Made by a program: the position numbers and the translations under genes. 64,000 bases of DNA from NCBI GenBank assembly GCA_032718475.1, contig JAUCBJ010000968.1:1-64000 (forward strand), read 5' to 3'. Of this stretch, positions 26,101 through 38,659 are shown in pieces; positions within the stretch are counted from its first letter, which is position 1, and each line of letters opens with the position of its first letter. The stretch is from Nemertoderma westbladi (Eukaryota; Animalia; Xenacoelomorpha). Below the pieces are notes generated by a model. The model was not told the origin of the DNA and made no database searches. It saw only the letters and a list, made by a program, of their open reading frames with translations.

Positions 26101-29100
26101 GAGGATGGAGGTAATAGAGTAGAGGGGAGCGCAGTGTGAGGATGGATGTAATAGAGTAGAGGGGAGCGCAGTATGAGGATGGAGGTAATAGAGTAGAGGG
26201 GGGCGCAGTGTGAGGATGGAGGTAATAGAGTAGAGGGGAGCGCAGTGTGAGGATGGATGTAATAGAGTAGAGGGGAGCGCAGCGTGAGGATGGATGTAAT
26301 AGAGTAGATGGGAGCTCAGTGAGGGGATGGAGGTAATAGAGTAGAGTGGAGCGCAGTGTGAGGATGGATGTAATAGAGTAGAGGGGAGCGCAGTGTGAGG
26401 ATGGAGGTAATAGAGTAGAGGGGAGCGCAGTGTGAGGATGGAGGTAATAGAGTAGAGGGGAGCGCAGTGTGAGGATGGAGGTAATAGAGTAGAGGGGAGC
26501 GCAGTATGAGGATGGAGGTAATAGAGTAGAGGGGGGCGCAGTGTGAGGATGGATGTAATAGAGTAGAGGGGGGCGCAGTGTGAGGATGGATGTAATAGAG
26601 TAGAGGGGAGCGTAGTGTGAGGATGGAGGTAATAGAGTAGAGGGGAGCGCAGTGTGAGGATGGAGGTAATAGAGTAGAGGGGAGCGCAGCGTGAGGATGG
26701 AGGTAATAGAGTAGAGGGGAGCGCAGTGTGGGGATGGAGGTAATAGAGTAGAGGGGAGCGCAGTGTGAGGATGGAGGTAATAGAGTAGAGGGGGCGCAGT
26801 GTGAGGATGGAGGTAATAGAGTAGAGGGGAGCGCAGTGTGAGGATGGAGGTAATAGAGTAGAGGGGGGCGCAGTGTGAGGATGGAGGTAATAGAGTAGAG
26901 GGGAGCGCAGTGTGAGGATGGAGGTAATAGAGTAGATGGGAGCGCAGTGAGAGGATGGAGGTAATAGAGTAGAGGGGAGCGCAGTGAGGGGATGGAGGTA
27001 ATAGAGTAGAGGGGAGCGCAGTGTGAGGATGGAGGTAATAGAGTAGAGGGGAGCGCAGTGTGAGGATGGAGGTAATAGAGTAGAGGGGAGCGCAGTGTGG
27101 GGATGGAGGTAATAGAGTAGAGGGGAGCGCAGTGTGAGGATGGAGGTAATAGAGTAGAGGGGAGCGCAGTGTGAGGATGGAGGTAATAGAGTAGAGGGGA
27201 GCGCAGTGTGAGGATGGAGGTAATAGAGTAGAGGGGAGCGCAGTGTGAGGATGGAGGTAATAGAGTAGAGGGGAGCGCAGTGTGAGGATGGAGGTAATAG
27301 AGTAGAGGGGAGCGCAGTGTGAGGATGGAGGTAATAGAGTAGAGGGGAGCGCAGTGTGAGGATGGAGGTAATAGAGTAGAGGGGAGCGCAGTGTGAGGAT
27401 GGAGGTAATAGAGTAGAGGGGAGCGCAGTGTGGGGATGGAGGTAATAGAGTAGAGGGGAGCGCAGTGTGAGGATGGAGGTAATAGAGTAGAGGGGAGCGC
27501 AGTGTGAGGATGGAGGTAATAGAGTAGAGGGGAGCGCAGTGTGAGGATGGAGGTAATAGAGTAGAGGGGAGCGCAGTGTGAGGATGGAGGTAATAGAGTA
27601 GAGGGGAGCGCAGTGTGAGGATGGAGGTAATAGAGTAGAGGGGAGCGCAGTGTGAGGATGGAGGTAATAGAGTAGAGGGGAGCGCAGTGTGAGGATGGAG
27701 GTAATAGAGTAGAGGGGAGCGCAGTGTGAGGATGGAGGTAATAGAGTAGAGGGGAGCGCAGTGTGAGGATGGAGGTAATAGAGTAGAGGGGAGCGCAGTG
27801 TGAGGATGGAGGTAATAGAGTAGAGGGGAGCGCAGTGTGAGGATGGAGGTAATAGAGTAGAGGGGAGCGCAGTGTGGGGATGGAGGTAATAGAGTAGAGG
27901 GGAGCGCAGTGTGAGGATGGAGGTAATAGAGTAGAGGGGAGCGCAGTGTGAGGATGGAGGTAATAGAGTAGAGGGGAGCGCAGTGTGAGGATGGAGGTAA
28001 TAGAGTAGAGGGGAGCGCAGTGTGAGGATGGAGGTAATAGAGTAGAGGGGAGCGCAGTGTGAGGATGGAGGTAATAGAGTAGAGGGGAGCGCAGTGTGAG
28101 GATGGAGGTAATAGAGTAGAGGGGAGCGCAGTGTGAGGATGGAGGTAATAGAGTAGAGGGGAGCGCAGTGTGAGGATGGAGGTAATAGAGTAGAGGGGAG
28201 CGCAGTGTGAGGATGGAGGTAATAGAGTAGAGGGGAGCGCAGTGTGAGGATGGAGGTAATAGAGTAGAGGGGAGCGCAGTGTGAGGATGGAGGTAATAGA
28301 GTAGAGGGGAGCGCAGTGTGAGGATGGAGGTAATAGAGTAGAGGGGAGCGCAGTGTGAGGATGGAGGTAATAGAGTAGAGGGGAGCGCAGTGTGAGGATG
28401 GAGGTAATAGAGTAGAGGGGAGCGCAGTGTGAGGATGGAGGTAATAGAGTAGAGGGGAGCGCAGTGTGAGGATGGAGGTAATAGAGTAGAGGGGAGCGCA
28501 GTGTGAGGATGGAGGTAATAGAGTAGAGGGGAGCGCAGTGTGAGGATGGAGGTAATAGAGTAGAGGGGAGCGCAGTGTGAGGATGGAGGTAATAGAGTAG
28601 AGGGGAGCGCAGTGTGAGGATGGAGGTAATAGAGTAGAGGGGAGCGCAGTGTGAGGATGGAGGTAATAGAGTAGAGGGGAGCGCAGTGTGAGGATGGAGG
28701 TAATAGAGTAGAGGGGAGCGCAGTGTGAGGATGGAGGTAATAGAGTAGAGGGGAGCGCAGTGTGAGGATGGAGGTAATAGAGTAGAGGGGAGCGCAGTGT
28801 GAGGATGGAGGTAATAGAGTAGAGGGGAGCGCAGTGTGAGGATGGAGGTAATAGAGTAGAGGGGAGCGCAGTGTGAGGATGGAGGTAATAGAGTAGAGGG
28901 GAGCGCAGTGTGAGGATGGAGGTAATAGAGTAGAGGGGAGCGCAGTGTGAGGATGGAGGTAATAGAGTAGAGGGGAGCGCAGTGTGAGGATGGAGGTAAT
29001 AGAGTAGAGGGGAGCGCAGTGTGAGGATGGAGGTAATAGAGTAGAGGGGAGCGCAGTGTGAGGATGGAGGTAATAGAGTAGAGGGGAGCGCAGTGTGAGG

Positions 29101-31328
29101 ATGGAGGTAATAGAGTAGAGGGGAGCGCAGTGTGAGGATGGATGTAATAGAGTAGAGGGGAGCGCAGTGTGAGGATGGAGGTAATAGAGTAGAGGGGAGC
29201 GCAGTGTGAGGATGGAGGTAATAGAGTAGAGGGGAGCGCAGTGTGAGGATGGAGGTAATAGAGTAGAGGGGAGCGCAGTGTGAGGATGGATGTAATAGAG
29301 TAGAGGGGAGCGCAGTGTGAGGATGGAGGTAATAGAGTAGAGGGGAGCGCAGTGTGAGGATGGAGGTAATAGAGTAGAGGGGAGCGCAGTGTGAGGATGG
29401 AGGTAATAGAGTAGAGGGGAGCGCAGTGTGAGGATGGAGGTAATAGAGTAGAGGGGAGCGCAGTGTGAGGATGGAGGTAATAGAGTAGAGGGGAGCGCAG
29501 TGTGAGGATGGAGGTAATAGAGTAGAGGGGAGCGCAGTGTGAGGATGGAGGTAATAGAGTAGAGGGGAGCGCAGTGTGAGGATGGATGTAATAGAGTAGA
29601 GGGGAGCGCAGTGTGAGGATGGAGGTAATAGAGTAGAGGGGAGCGCAGTGTGAGGATGGAGGTAATAGAGTAGAGGGGAGCGCAGTGTGAGGATGGAGGT
29701 AATAGAGTAGAGGGGAGCGCAGTGTGAGGATGGAGGTAATAGAGTAGAGGGGAGCGCAGTGTGAGGATGGAGGTAATAGAGTAGAGGGGAGCGCAGTGTG
29801 AGGATGGAGGTAATAGAGTAGAGGGGAGCGCAGTGTGAGGATGGAGGTAATAGAGTAGAGGGGAGCGCAGTGTGAGGATGGAGGTAATAGAGTAGAGGGG
29901 AGCGCAGTGTGAGGATGGAGGTAATAGAGTAGAGGGGAGCGCAGTGTGAGGATGGAGGTAATAGAGTAGAGGGGAGCGCAGTGTGAGGATGGAGGTAATA
30001 GAGTAGAGGGGAGCGCAGTGTGAGGATGGAGGTAATAGAGTAGAGGGGAGCGCAGTGTGAGGATGGAGGTAATAGAGTAGAGGGGAGCGCAGTGTGAGGA
30101 TGGAGGTAATAGAGTAGAGGGGAGCGCAGTGTGAGGATGGAGGTAATAGAGTAGAGGGGAGCGCAGTGTGAGGATGGAGGTAATAGAGTAGAGGGGAGCG
30201 CAGTGTGAGGATGGAGGTAATAGAGTAGAGGGGAGCGCAGTGTGAGGATGGAGGTAATAGAGTAGAGGGGAGCGCAGTGTGAGGATGGAGGTAATAGAGT
30301 AGAGGGGAGCGCAGTGTGAGGATGGATGTAATAGAGTAGAGGGGAGCGCAGTGTGAGGATGGAGGTAATAGAGTAGAGGGGAGCGCAGTGTGAGGATGGA
30401 GGTAATAGAGTAGAGGGGAGCGCAGTGTGAGGATGGAGGTAATAGAGTAGAGGGGAGCGCAGTGTGAGGATGGAGGTAATAGAGTAGAGGGGAGCGCAGT
30501 GTGAGGATGGAGGTAATAGAGTAGAGGGGAGCGCAGTGTGAGGATGGAGGTAATAGAGTAGAGGGGAGCGCAGTGTGAGGATGGAGGTAATAGAGTAGAG
30601 GGGAGCGCAGTGTGAGGATGGAGGTAATAGAGTAGAGGGGAGCGCAGCGTGAGGATGGAGGTAATAGAGTAGAGGGGAGCGCAGTGTGAGGATGGAGGTA
30701 ATAGAGTAGAGGGGAGCGCAGTGTGAGGATGGAGGTAATAGAGTAGAGGGGAGCGCAGTGTGAGGATGGAGGTAATAGAGTAGAGGGGAGCGCAGTGTGA
30801 GGATGGAGGTAATAGAGTAGAGGGGAGCGCAGCGTGAGGATGGAGGTAATAGAGTAGAGGGGAGCGCAGCGTGAGGATGGAGGTAATAGAGTAGAGGGGA
30901 GCGCAGTGTGAGGATGGAGGTAATAGAGTAGAGGGGAGCGCAGCGTGAGGATGGAGGTAATAGAGTAGAGGGGAGCGCAGTGTGAGGATGGAGGTAATAG
31001 AGTAGAGGGGAGCGCAGTGTGAGGATGGATGTAATAGAGTAGAGGGGAGCGCAGTGTGGGGATGGAGGTAATAGAGTAGAGGGGAGCGCAGCGTGAGGAT
31101 GGAGGTAATAGAGTAGAGGGGAGCGCAGTGTGAGGATGGATGTAATAGAGTAGAGGGGAGCGCAGCGTGAGGATGGAGGTAATAGAGTAGAGGGGAGCGC
31201 AGTGTGAGGATGGATGTAATAGAGTAGAGGGGAGCGCAGTGTGAGGATGGAGGTAATAGAGTGGAGGGGAGCGCAGTGTGAGGATGGATGTAATAGAGTA
31301 GAGGGGAGCGCAGTGTGAGGATGGATGT
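20117..31328. repeat. 37-bp purine-rich minisatellite, ~300 copies, intronic
   Basis: Unit GTGTGAGGATGGAGGTAATAGAGTAGAGGGGAGCGCA with single-base variants; about 11.2 kb. Confidence 0.98.
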
Positions 31329-32203
31329 CTTTAATAAAAGTTAATATTTAAATGATAGAATCTTTTAGGCTCATTTATTCAGGAAATCCTGTTTACCAAC
31401 ATAGGTAATCTTCCTCAGTAAACTCTTCTAAAGCTTTTATAAATTAATTTTTTGTTTGTGATACATCATGTCCCAAAAATTTGAATCGTTTTTGGTTAGA
31501 ATATCTTTGCCAAATTTCTACCAAATTACTTGGTTTTGATATCAACTGTATTAATTCCGAAAATGGGTTGATATATGGAAATTGAAAATGGATTTGGGTG
31601 GATATCGTTTCCGGAACGGGGGTATTGGCTATAAGGATAATAAGATAATAATAATATCTGAGAATTAAATCTTGAAGGTAACCTGAATATCGGTTTACAC
31701 AATAATTGCTAGACACCGAAGGGATGTATGTAGATTGAGGCAACCTGGCTTTATGATATCACCAAGAATTAGAACAGAAAGCGAAAATAAATAATAATTC
31801 TGACTCAAAAAGTTTACCAAAGTGAAAAAATTCGATTTTAACAATTTTACAATAAGATCAAACTCGTTAAGACGATCCTCCAATTTATTAATTAAACGAT
31901 AAACTAACATAGACATAGATATTAATTACATATTTGTAGACCTACTGTATGATTGCATTATCACACCACTTTGCACTCAGACTTACACGCGCACATGATG
32001 ACTTCGTGTTTCCGTTTGAGGGCGCCATGCCCCCCCCCCCCCCCCCCCCCTTCAAATGCTAGGGGGGGGGGGGGGGAGGGGCAACTGGCCCCCCGGCACC
32101 CCTTGGATCAGCGATCCGCCGCTTTTCTTAGCTACCGTTCAACACTTTGTTCCAGGGCATTCTAATAACGTATTCCATCTAATTGTTCATATATTATTTA
32201 CAG

Positions 32204-32417
32204 CAAAAGATTCGCAAACAAGGAAAACCGTATGGTAATTGCGCTACGAAATGGTCGGATATTCCGAGTCTGGATGGGTTGACAGTCGCTGGTAACTATA
32301 CGAGACGAGCCTGTGAGAAGTATTGTCTGGCTAAAAAGGTGCTGGCCGAATGTGGATGTGCAGACAATTACATCCTAGAGAACACAACAATTTGTAAACC
32401 AATTAATATAACCCAAG
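32204..32417 (+). CDS. DEG/ENaC channel exon (cysteine-rich thumb, part 1)
   Basis: tttacag| ... |gtgata; QKIRKQGKPYGNC...YTRRACEKYCLAKKVLAECGC...TICKPINITQ; phase 0 to 1. Confidence 0.93.
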
Positions 32418-32442
32418 GTGATACATTATAATGACACCATAA

Positions 32443-32745
32443 CCCTTAATACAACAACCATTTTTAGGGGATCAGAGCCCCCCCCCCCCCCCCCCCCCCC
32501 ACCCCCCCTATTTTTTTTCAAATTTCAATAAAATGCTACGAAATTTGGCATGATCATAGATCGGCACCTTTTCTAGTTCGAAATCGTCAAACCATCTTCA
32601 CCCAACACGCCATCTTCATTATTATTAGCCGCCATCTCACGCATTATTTTTTACTTCAATCACAGCTACCTAGAATTCTAGAATATTAATTATTATTTAA
32701 AACGTCTAAAAACCGACCCCCTAAAAATGATTGTTGTATTAAGGG
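32443..32745. mobile_element. piggyBac-like MITE
   Basis: About 28-bp TIRs CCCTTAATACAACAA(C/T)CATTTTTAGGGG; flanks ATAA (left) and TTAA (right). Confidence 0.7.
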
Positions 32746-33107
32746 TTAAGGTTTATATAACATTGACAACTTTATTGTGGTAAACACTACAAAGACAAAA
32801 ATAGATCTAAATTGTAGCGAAAATGTAATTATTATTATTTTGAAGAATAATGCTACTTTATGTGTAATGAATGGGAGAATCTTTTAGGCTCGTTAAGCCA
32901 AGGAATGCCTGGTCACCACCATGGGTGATGATCATCTTTCACAGTAAATCCTTCCACTCTCTTTCCCAAGTAAACAAAATGAGCCTTTGGCATAAAAAAA
33001 AATCCCGCAAACAAATGAGAGCGAATTAATTTTTTATCACCACAAATGATAAAACCAAATGTTTGTGGCGGTCATTGATATTCAAATTACCGTAAGTCTT
33101 TTTCCAG

Positions 33108-33238
33108 AAAAGTGTCGCTTGCGTGTCTACAACAGTTACAAAACGCAGAAATTCAACTGTAGTTGCCATCCTGCTTGTTACCAAGAGAACTACCAAGCGT
33201 TCAGTAGCGCCTCTCGATGGCCTTCTCAACAATACATG
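33108..33238 (+). CDS. DEG/ENaC channel exon (thumb part 2; WPS motif)
   Basis: tttccag| ... |gtaagt; EKCRLRVYNSYKTQKFNCSCHPACYQENYQAFSSASRWPSQQYM; phase 1 to 0. Confidence 0.93.
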
Positions 33239-33799
33239 GTAAGTGATTTACATTAAAGCTGCAGTTTGATGGCCAATTGAATTATGACCGAGAATTTGGT
33301 CTTTGCAATTAAAACCAAAACTAAATAAATTATGGCAGGCTACAGTAGTGCCCAGGTACAGGTTGGATATGCATCTATGCAATAGTAATGCAAGCATAAC
33401 ACAGAAGGCAAACTTGGATCAGGGTAACAAAAGGGCCCCTACAGTCGGTAGCAGTGCTATAGGCCTTGGATAGGCGGAAGGTAATCAACTAACGTCTAGC
33501 CATGTAGACCATGTCGGCGGAAAGTAATTAACCAACGGCGGTCTACTGCGAAGACGCTTGTAGGAGTTGCGACCGCGAGCGGTTTACTCCCGCAATTGAA
33601 AGATATGAGAATGATAACCAAACCACCCAGAATAATTACAACACAAAGTGGAGGAACAGAATAACAATGCGAGACATACAGCTCGTCCAACTAATTGGTC
33701 CGGACCACAGAATCGTATCTGCAGGAGTCAGACTCAGTTTGAGAAATATAAATATAATTTGTGCCCATCACGCCAGCAAACACAGGACAAGCAAGCGAA

Positions 33800-35460
33800 T
33801 CAACATGACTGGCGAATGGGCGACTGAGAATTGACAATGCAGATAGAAAAAAGATGATAGCCCAGAAGAACGTGTTGGGAAATGGAAAGATAACTTCAGC
33901 AACTTGCTTGGGCAGTCACAAAACAACGAGTTCAGACCTACAAGGAATATATAATATGACAATATGCAATGTATAGAAACAAGGTACTTCACACCTGCCA
34001 TACTCCAGAGAAGCTGAACAGGTATGGAAAACAGGAGTGCTGAACAAACCATCCTTTATTGGATGTTTGCATAAGGATGCTGAAAGGGGAAAATCCATCA
34101 CCAATTCGGACTAAATGTCAACTTTTTTTTTGAACAAAGATACGCCTCCATCGAGACAAATTTGTTTTACTAATTAATAATAATAAATAGCACAATAAGG
34201 TATGTATATGAAGCAAGGAAGTCAACTTTTTAAAGCCTCTTCTCCAAAAAGGAGACCTCGGTGTACTCCGGGATGAGTCTCCTTGTGGTAGCTGCCAAAA
34301 TATACAACGATACGGGAATTTCCGGTTTGGGGGGCACTAAAACGCTAAAAAACGCATGTGTCTAAAACACTTGTCTGTTAGCAAAACACTTAGAAAATTT
34401 TTCTCATATTCATTTCTACATTGTCTATATGTGAAAAGACTCTGATATTTTTCTCAAATTTCCCGGTCTCCTCGGGGAAATAGCGGGAAAAAAGAAAGAA
34501 AAATTTTCCCAAAATTTTTAAAGATTTTAGATAAACATGGTTTTCTCAATCCATATTTTTATTATACATAACAGCATAATCTGAGTATAATAATAGCTAT
34601 TAATAACTTCTTCTACAAAATTCAGATTTCGGGCCGTGAAATTAACTGTACTGGGCAATATGGGTCATTTTGAACCACAACAGCCAACAAACTGTGTGTA
34701 AAATGTTTTTATTCGATTATTTCTAAACAAAGGACATGAGCTAGGGAGGTAGTAAGTAGTAGTACATATTATAAACCAAAAGACACTCTCGGATGTCACT
34801 AAGTAACAACCCCCTGCACTGTAGAATTCAAAAGTTACCAAGCTGCATTCATTGCATTGGGTCAATTTAACCCATATCGGCCGTACTGGAGTTTTTAAAT
34901 GTTGATGGAAACTTGACGACAATTGATAATATAATCAAATATAGAGGTTGAGATTTCCAGTACCTTGGGATACCATCTAGAAATCAGATCTCTCCAGACA
35001 CCTGAAGACTAAGTTCTTTCGAGCCACAGTGGAAAGTGTATTTATATACGGGCTGTGAGACCTGGACACTGACTAAATCACTTGAACGACGAATTGATGG
35101 TTGCTACACAAGACTACTAAGGGCAGCCCTAAACATCAGCTGGAGACAACACATGACAAACGCCGAGCTTTATGGTACAATACTACCTGTATCAACCACC
35201 CTCCGTGAAAGCAGATTACGATTCAGCGGGTACTTTCTAGAGAAGTAAAGACGAGGTCATACCAGATCTACTTTTCTGGCAACCAATACAAGGAAATGTG
35301 ACTATGTGAAAAAGGACTATGGCATACTGTATATAGACCAACTTGAAAGGTATACTGGACTTGGGAGAAACGAAATTGCGATATCTATGGAGAATCGGGA
35401 AGCCTGGAAGGATCTCATTTCGACTGTCCGAATTCGCTCAACCTAGTAGTAGTAGTAGTA
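33800..35460 (+). mobile_element. Decayed, internally deleted RTE-like LINE, interrupted by an unrelated insertion (~34310-34970)
   Basis: Shares blocks with 15540-16620 (GTATGGAAAACAGGAGTGCT; AAGTTCTTTCGAGCCACAGTG; GGGCAGCCCTAAACATCAGCTGGAGAC). ORF YTGCETWTLTKSLERRIDGCYTRLLRAALNISW; ends in (TAG)n tail at ~35443-35460. Confidence 0.82.
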
Positions 35461-35933
35461 CCATGGTTTGTCCAGAATTCTTCCCAAAAATTGGTCTAAA
35501 TTAGTTTTGAAAGAGTCGAGGGAACAATTAGACATATTGAGTAGATTTGAGGTAAAACGTTGAACAATTTAGGTCCAACAACACCAAAACTTTCTCCGAT
35601 AAGTTATTATTCTATCCGGAACTCCTTTTGAAATAGACTGGAACACAAAGAAACGGCTCTTACGGTTATTATATAAGTAGTTTTTATTTTATGATCAATA
35701 AGTTAGGAACTTTGTTAAAGTTAGTTAGTTAGCAAAGTTAGGATATTTGTTATTTAATATTTTCCAGTATATATTATTAGGTATCTTTCAAGGCGCCTTT
35801 CAATTGAATATATTTAAAGTTCTGTAAACGTTCCCAATAATTTCTACATACATAGAAACTATGATACTAGAACTAGTTCTAGTACTATCTGAGTACTTGG
35901 GATATAATTTATTTATGCATTTTTAACTTTTAG

Positions 35934-36058
35934 TGGTACTTTATGGAGAGACTAAGTGAAAATCAGTCTGAGTCAATGGATTCTATTGCCAGTAAATTCA
36001 TTCAACTTTTAGCATCGGACCCAGTGAATCCTGGAAGAAATGCCATGGACGTAATGAG
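35934..36058 (+). CDS. DEG/ENaC channel exon (knuckle region)
   Basis: ttttag| ... |gtattg; WYFMERLSENQSESMDSIASKFIQLLASDPVNPGRNAMDVMR; phase 0 to 2, exactly bridging the neighbouring exons. Confidence 0.82.
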
Positions 36059-36404
36059 GTATTGTTGGGCAGGGCTTTGTTAATTTGTGGTTATTAACCA
36101 GTGAATTACATATATATTATATAAGTTTATTGTCAGATAAAGATAATGGTTAAACAAAAAATAAAATAAATTTGCACATACAAACTCAAATAATAACGGT
36201 ATTCCAACAGCATCCGAAATCAGTAAAAGCGTTATCAGACCAACAATTGCATTGCAAATTCAAATAGTTAACAAAAGTACAGTACAGCACATACAAAATA
36301 CAGCACGTAAAAACTAAATAATTACTCACCAACCTACCCACCGAAAATTTGAGTGATATTTGTCCAAAAATAAACATATTTTGTAGCTATCGTTATTTGG
36401 GAGG

Positions 36405-38362
36405 AGGCCTACTATATACATAGTATATTGTACTCGTAGGCCTACTATAAACATAGTATATTGTACTCGTAGGCCTACTATATACATAGTATATTGTACT
36501 CGTAGGCCTGCTACTATATACATAGTATATTATACTCGTAGGCCTACTATATACATACATAGTATATTATACTCGTAGGCCTACTATATACATAGTATAT
36601 TATACTCATAGGCCTACTATATACATAGTAGGCCTACTATATACATAGTATATTATACTCGTAGGCCTACTATATACATAGTATATTATACTCGTAGGCC
36701 TACTATATACATAGTATATTGTACTCGTAGGCCTGCTACTATATACATAGTATATTATACTCGTAGGCCTACTATATACATACATAGTATATTATACTCG
36801 TAGGCCTACTATATACATAGTATATTATACTCATAGGCCTACTATATACATAGTAGGCCTACTATATACATAGTATATTATACTCGTAGGCCTACTATAT
36901 ACATAGTATATTATACTCGTAGGCCTACTATATACATAGTATATTGTACTCGTAGGCCTGCTACTATATACATAGTATATTATACTCGTAGGCCTACTAT
37001 ATACATACATAGTATATTATACTCGTAGGCCTACTATATACATAGTATATTATACTCATAGGCCTACTATATACATAGTATATTATACTCGTAGGCCTAC
37101 TATATACATACATAGTATATTATACTCGTAGGCCTACTATATACATAGTATATTATACTCGTAGGCCTACTATATACATAGTATATTGTACTCGTAGGCC
37201 TGCTACTATATACATAGTATATTATACTCGTAGGCCTACTATATACATACATAGTATATTATACTCGTAGGCCTACTATATACATAGTATATTATACTCA
37301 TAGGCCTACTATATACATAGTAGGCCTACTATATACATAGTATATTATACTCGTAGGCCTACTATATACATAGTATATTATACTCATAGGCCTACTATAT
37401 ACATAGTAGGCCTACTATATACATAGTATATTATACTCGTAGGCCTACTATATACATAGTATATTATACTCGTAGGCCTACTATATACATAGTATATTAT
37501 ACTCGTAGGCCTACTATATACATAGTATATTAGACTCGTAGGCCTACTATATACATAGTAGGCCTACTATATACATAGTAGGCCTACTATATACATAGTA
37601 GGCCTACTATATACATAGTATATTATACTCGTAGGCCTACTATATACATAGTATATTAGACTCGTAGGCCTACTATATACATAGTATAGTATACTCGTAG
37701 GCCTACTATATACATAGTAGGCCTACTATATACATAGTATATTAGACTCGTAGGCCTACTATATACATAGTAGGCCTACTATATACATAGTATATTATAC
37801 TCGTAGGCCTACTATATACATAGTATATTATACTCGTAGGCCTACTATATACATAGTATATTATACTCGTAGGCCTACTATATACATAGTATATTATACT
37901 CGTAGGCCGACTATATACATAGTATATTAGACTCGTAGGCCTACTATATACATAGTATAGTATACTCGTAGGCCTACTATATACATAGTAGGCCTACTAT
38001 ATACATAGTAGGCCTACTATATACATAGTATATTATACTCGTAGGCCTACAATATACATAGTATATTATACTCGTAGGCCTACTATATACATAGTATATT
38101 ATACTCGTAGGCCTACTATATACATAGTATATTATACTCGTAGGCCTACTATATACAAAGTATATTACACTCGTAGGCCTACTATATACATAGTAGGCCT
38201 ACTATATACATAGTATATTATAGTCGTGGCCTACTATATACATAGTATATTATACTCGTAGGCCTACTATATACATAGTATATTATAGTCGTGGCCTACT
38301 ATATACATAGTATATTATACTCGTAGGCCTACTATATACATAGTATATTATACTCGTAGGCC
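36405..38362. repeat. 33-bp/20-bp quasi-palindromic minisatellite
   Basis: TAGGCCTACTATATACATAGTATATTATACTCG mixed with the short unit TAGGCCTACTATATACATAG. Confidence 0.95.
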
Positions 38363-38418
38363 ATTGATATAGAATTCTAAAATAATATATGCGGCAATTG
38401 TATATTATTTACTTTCAG

Positions 38419-38659
38419 AGAGAATTTGGTGCGCGTTGAAATATTTATGGAATCCTACGATTACCAATTTATAAACGAGAAAGCCCAGTACATCTGGTCG
38501 GACCTTCTAAGCGACTTTGGTGGAACTATAGGACTCTATTTAGGACTAAGCGCCATATCTGTAGTAGAAATGTTTGAAGCTCTTATGTCTTTTATCCGAG
38601 TTCTTATTTTACAATCTCAACGGAAAGTGTCTCCTATTGACCTTCGCAGTAAAGTGTAG
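38419..38659 (+). CDS. DEG/ENaC channel terminal exon (TM2, GxS filter, C-terminus)
   Basis: tttcag| acceptor, phase 2; RENLVRVEIFMESYDYQFINEKAQYIWSDLLSDFGGTIGLYLGLSAISVVEMFE...KV*, the DEG/ENaC TM2 signature. Confidence 0.96.

Noticed and set aside
31444-31916. Short AT-rich minus-strand ORFs (also 39193-39780 and 3443-3667)
   Set aside because: No domain motifs or splice-phase support; probably decayed repeats or chance ORFs.
33330-33620. Possible LINE 5' UTR with a self-cleaving ribozyme (hairpin GTAGACC...GGTCTAC)
   Set aside because: Could not build an HDV-like pseudoknot by eye; needs a covariance-model search.
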